Below are positions 6,643 to 9,600 of a stretch of DNA of 9,600 nt, piece by piece. The DNA is from Candidatus Wukongarchaeum yapensis. GTDB lineage: Archaea > Asgardarchaeota > Wukongarchaeia > Wukongarchaeales > Wukongarchaeaceae. The notes beneath the pieces were generated by a model, which worked only from the letters and a program-made list of their open reading frames with translations, did not search any database and had not been told where the DNA came from. Location: contig JAEOSI010000073.1 in NCBI GenBank assembly GCA_016840425.1, positions 1 to 9,600 on the forward strand, written 5' to 3'. The position numbers and the translations under genes are program-made. Position 1 is the first letter of the stretch. The number at the start of each line of letters is the position of its first letter.

Positions 6643-8487
6643 TTAGTGGCTAGCACATAAAACACAGGGATCAAAACTCCTCACAATTCTCGAGAGTTCT
6701 ACCGCATGTAACAATCCATGTAAAGGTATACTCAATGATGGATTATCTGTATTAATATACTCAATCAAGATGTTTGAAGCAGTAGCTTGGTTAGTTAAAG
6801 CTTGTTCCATAGCCCCTCCTTTATCTTCCTCATCCCTTGGACTAGCATTCCAGTTTGTGGGTGTAATAACCTGATAATTTGTAACACTCTTATCTTTTAT
6901 CTTTATCCAGTGACCTAAAGCACCTCTTGGGGACTCTATAAGGCCACCTCCCTCAAACTCTCCTTTTTCAGGCAACTTAAACTGGTTATAAACATCTTTA
7001 TTACCCTTAATTTTCACTTCCTTTTCCAGCTCATCAATACACCATAAAGCTAAAAGGCAGAAAAGTTGCGTCTCTAAAACTTTAGCATGAATTCTATCCA
7101 TAACCGAACTACTCCACAAATCTCCTTTTAAAATACCCTCATCAGAGGGCTTATACCAGCCGTTTATAATCATTCTAGCCAAGGAACCAACTTCAACTAC
7201 ATAACCATCATACCTTGGCGCTTTTATCCAAGAATATTTATCATTCCAAAGCGTTAGAGGAGTAGTTTGAGGTTCACAAACCTCCCAAGAACTGATATCT
7301 CCGGGCCCTCCTTCTCCCTTATCATACCACGAACTTCCTATTTTTTCAACGATTTTAGAACTTTCAAAGTCGACCAAACTACCATTTATCGAAAATCCTC
7401 CCCGATGAAGCATGCCCCTATTAGGATCACCCCCCTCACTAGCATCAGGATCGGCTAAACAGCCAAAGGATAAGTATCTACTGACTCCTATACCTATGTC
7501 ATACATAGAATACCGATTACCCACGTAATCTGTAAGCTCACCTATTAGATCAAAAGCGTTGCTATTTGTCTCCACATCAATTCTTCCCAAATCGTTGCTA
7601 AGCGTACCCGAAACCCACTCTAAACCGTACTTATTAGCCATGCTTATAACGATCTCTCTCGCTCTAGAATAAGGATTAATACCAGAAGGCAGATTCAAGG
7701 CTCTATCATAAATTAAGTCAGTTCCCACAAAGCGCGCCATCTCTAAAATAAGACTTTTCACATGGCTTATACCCGTAATAGATGGAACCGAGGTCACACC
7801 CCCAGGAACTACAAAATGAGAATGAGGCGATCTTCCTCCAAAAATAGCCAAAGCTTCCCCCATCTTCTCCCTAATGTTTAAAGCTTGCATATAAGAAGAC
7901 CAAGGTGCAAAAGGATCAAACATACTTATCTTCTGAACTTCTGATAAAAAATCTCCTGGATCAGGATTAGCCTCGTAAATGCCTTGTAAAGCACCATAAA
8001 CAATCCCGCTAACCTGCTTATCTTCCCAAGGACTGTAAACCTCGCTATCACCTTCAAATCCTAAGTTAAAAGCGGAAGATCCTTTACTTATCAGGTGTAA
8101 AAGGAGGCCTGAATAGTCAGGAAACATTTTTACATACAAAGTGTAAAGATGGTTTATTATGAAACTAAGCCCTGTAGCAATGTTCCTTATCAATAACGCG
8201 TTTCTTGGAAAGTCATCTTGAGCCAATTCTAAAGCATTTTCTAAAGCTAAAGTTGAAGCGCTCATGTGCTCCATAGAACAGGCACCGCAAATTCTTTGAG
8301 CAATGATGGGAGCATCAAGGGGGTTCCTTTCCTGAACTATCCTTTCAATTCCCCGCCACACCATGCCTGCAACTTTTGCTTCTTGGGTTACGCCTAAATC
8401 TGAACCATCCCCTTGCCAATCGAGGGCTACACCCAATCCTCCCTCACTTCTAGAGAAAGGATTTACAATGATCCTTACTGAACTCAT
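6643..8487 (-). CDS. [NiFe]-hydrogenase large subunit, group 1-like
   Basis: L1 RICGAC (8278-8295), L2 RSFDPCVLCASH, plus RGIE, GGRSPH, KYSWIKAPRY, SPRGALGHW, NYQVITPTNWNASPRD. Start overlaps the small-subunit stop (ATGA 8487-8484). The Glu-codon run GAGGAG could serve as RBS. Confidence 0.95.
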   Translation of the reverse strand: MSSVRIIVNPFSRSEGGLGVALDWQGDGSDLGVTQEAKVAGMVWRGIERIVQERNPLDAPIIAQRICGACSMEHMSASTLALENALELAQDDFPRNALLIRNIATGLSFIINHLYTLYVKMFPDYSGLLLHLISKGSSAFNLGFEGDSEVYSPWEDKQVSGIVYGALQGIYEANPDPGDFLSEVQKISMFDPFAPWSSYMQALNIREKMGEALAIFGGRSPHSHFVVPGGVTSVPSITGISHVKSLILEMARFVGTDLIYDRALNLPSGINPYSRAREIVISMANKYGLEWVSGTLSNDLGRIDVETNSNAFDLIGELTDYVGNRYSMYDIGIGVSRYLSFGCLADPDASEGGDPNRGMLHRGGFSINGSLVDFESSKIVEKIGSSWYDKGEGGPGDISSWEVCEPQTTPLTLWNDKYSWIKAPRYDGYVVEVGSLARMIINGWYKPSDEGILKGDLWSSSVMDRIHAKVLETQLFCLLALWCIDELEKEVKIKGNKDVYNQFKLPEKGEFEGGGLIESPRGALGHWIKIKDKSVTNYQVITPTNWNASPRDEEDKGGAMEQALTNQATASNILIEYINTDNPSLSIPLHGLLHAVELSRIVRSFDPCVLCASH

Positions 8488-9600
8488 GTTTCTGAAAACT
8501 CCTCCTCTTCTTCCTCTATCTCCTTCTTTTCTCTTTCTTTCAACATTTTTCTCCTAATGGCGTGAGCCGCGATCCCTGTCGCTGTTGCAGCGCCTACAAC
8601 TTTACCTGCTGTAACCGCTTTTAATCCACGAATAGGAGATTCTTTCTCAATCTCTTCAAAAAAAGGTCCAAAAAGGTCAGGAAAACCCTTCCCAACACAA
8701 TTAATACAAGGCGCTCCAGCTTGGGGGCACATATTAACTCTATTGTTCCATTTCCTCAAAGAACAGTCAGCATAAGCTACCTGACCCTTACAACCAAGCT
8801 TCCAAGAACATTTAAGTTCTTCCTCTCCAAAACTTGTGGCAAAATTCCCTTGGTCATAGCTGCTCCTCAAAGGACAATTTTCATGAACGGGCTTCTCATA
8901 AATGAATTTCGGCCTATTATCCTCGTCCAAAAAGTCCCTTAAAGCGCTATTAGTATTCCTTATTGTGTATCTCAAATCGCCCCTCGAAGGAGATAAAATA
9001 TCGTTATAATAGTAATAATGTAGATCGAGAACCGTTGTAAGCGTTAAAAAAAACCAGTCAGGGTGTGGAGGACAACCGGGTATATTAACGATTAGCCTTT
9101 TAACCCCGTTTTCCTCAAGAAACTCGCCTAGACTTTTTGCAAGAGTTGGGTTTGGATTCCCGCTCGGAACACCGCCAAAAGAAGAGCAGGTACCAATGGC
9201 AAAAACATAAGCTGCTTCTTCCGCAAACTTAAGAACTAAATCCTGAAAAGTTTTAGGGGTGTTTGGCGGATCCTCCCCAATAATGCAGTAATTTCCATCA
9301 AAACCTGTAGGAATTGAACCTTCTACAAAAAGGATGAATGGACTTAAATCGTCTTCAACCCAATCTTCATACGTTTTTTGCAACCTACCCATCAAACTAA
9401 AAAAGAGGTAATCATCAGACATTGAAGGCGATCTCCCTCCAGTTTTTAACCCCAGTGTTTGGTGGAAATTTAAAGCATCAAAAATAAACTCTAAGTCCTG
9501 TTCTGTAGAAGATACAGAACGATTAGCGTTTACCAGTCTTTGTAATACTTTAAGAAGGTTTAAAGAACCGTTAAGAACACTCAAAGAACAACCAGAACAA
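8484..9600 (-). CDS. [NiFe]-hydrogenase small subunit with C-terminal membrane anchor (5' end outside the window)
   Basis: The frame stays open to the window edge and reads CSGCSLSVLN (9599-9570), so the track start at 9584 is not the real start. Motifs: VEGSIP, IGTCSSFGG, PGCPPHP, HENC, KLGCKG, CPQAGAPCINC, and a hydrophobic tail ending GIAAHAIRR. Confidence 0.95.
   Translation of the reverse strand, partial: CSGCSLSVLNGSLNLLKVLQRLVNANRSVSSTEQDLEFIFDALNFHQTLGLKTGGRSPSMSDDYLFFSLMGRLQKTYEDWVEDDLSPFILFVEGSIPTGFDGNYCIIGEDPPNTPKTFQDLVLKFAEEAAYVFAIGTCSSFGGVPSGNPNPTLAKSLGEFLEENGVKRLIVNIPGCPPHPDWFFLTLTTVLDLHYYYYNDILSPSRGDLRYTIRNTNSALRDFLDEDNRPKFIYEKPVHENCPLRSSYDQGNFATSFGEEELKCSWKLGCKGQVAYADCSLRKWNNRVNMCPQAGAPCINCVGKGFPDLFGPFFEEIEKESPIRGLKAVTAGKVVGAATATGIAAHAIRRKMLKEREKKEIEEEEEEFSET

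Noticed and set aside
986-8942. Remaining short track ORFs (986, 1247, 1393, 1933, 2177, 2984, 3003, 3638, 3936, 4458, 5772, 6164, 7267, 8363, 8721)
   Set aside because: All overlap confidently identified genes in antisense or alternate frames and show no family motifs.
8945-9030. Second intron in the hydrogenase small-subunit insertion
   Set aside because: In frame with no stops; only a weak 6-bp inverted repeat (TATCTC/GAGATA) and no BHB geometry that I could build.
1427-9600. Selenocysteine in FwdB or the hydrogenase
   Set aside because: The relevant ligands are ordinary Cys codons (SSVCH, DPCVLC); there are no internal TGA codons.

Overview
AT-rich archaeal C1-metabolism locus (lineage not determinable from sequence alone). 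The + strand carries an intact formylmethanofuran dehydrogenase operon, fwdD-B-A-C, followed by a degenerate formyltransferase (Ftr) paralog and a degenerate HdrC-like Fe-S protein. The - strand carries a convergent group 1-type membrane-anchored [NiFe]-hydrogenase (small subunit cut by the window end, then large subunit). The main result is missed by the ORF track: a second, canonical-looking ftr gene runs divergently off the left edge (263->1, - strand). It is interrupted by a 30-nt insert containing two in-frame stops and a perfect 9-bp hairpin. Insert and flanks fold into a bulge-helix-bulge (BHB)-like motif, and the predicted cut sites restore the conserved S-M-I-M-C-P-x-E-A-G motif exactly. 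This is a candidate archaeal mRNA intron in a metabolic gene. The intergenic region between ftr and fwdD is a decayed ~250-bp tandem duplication.
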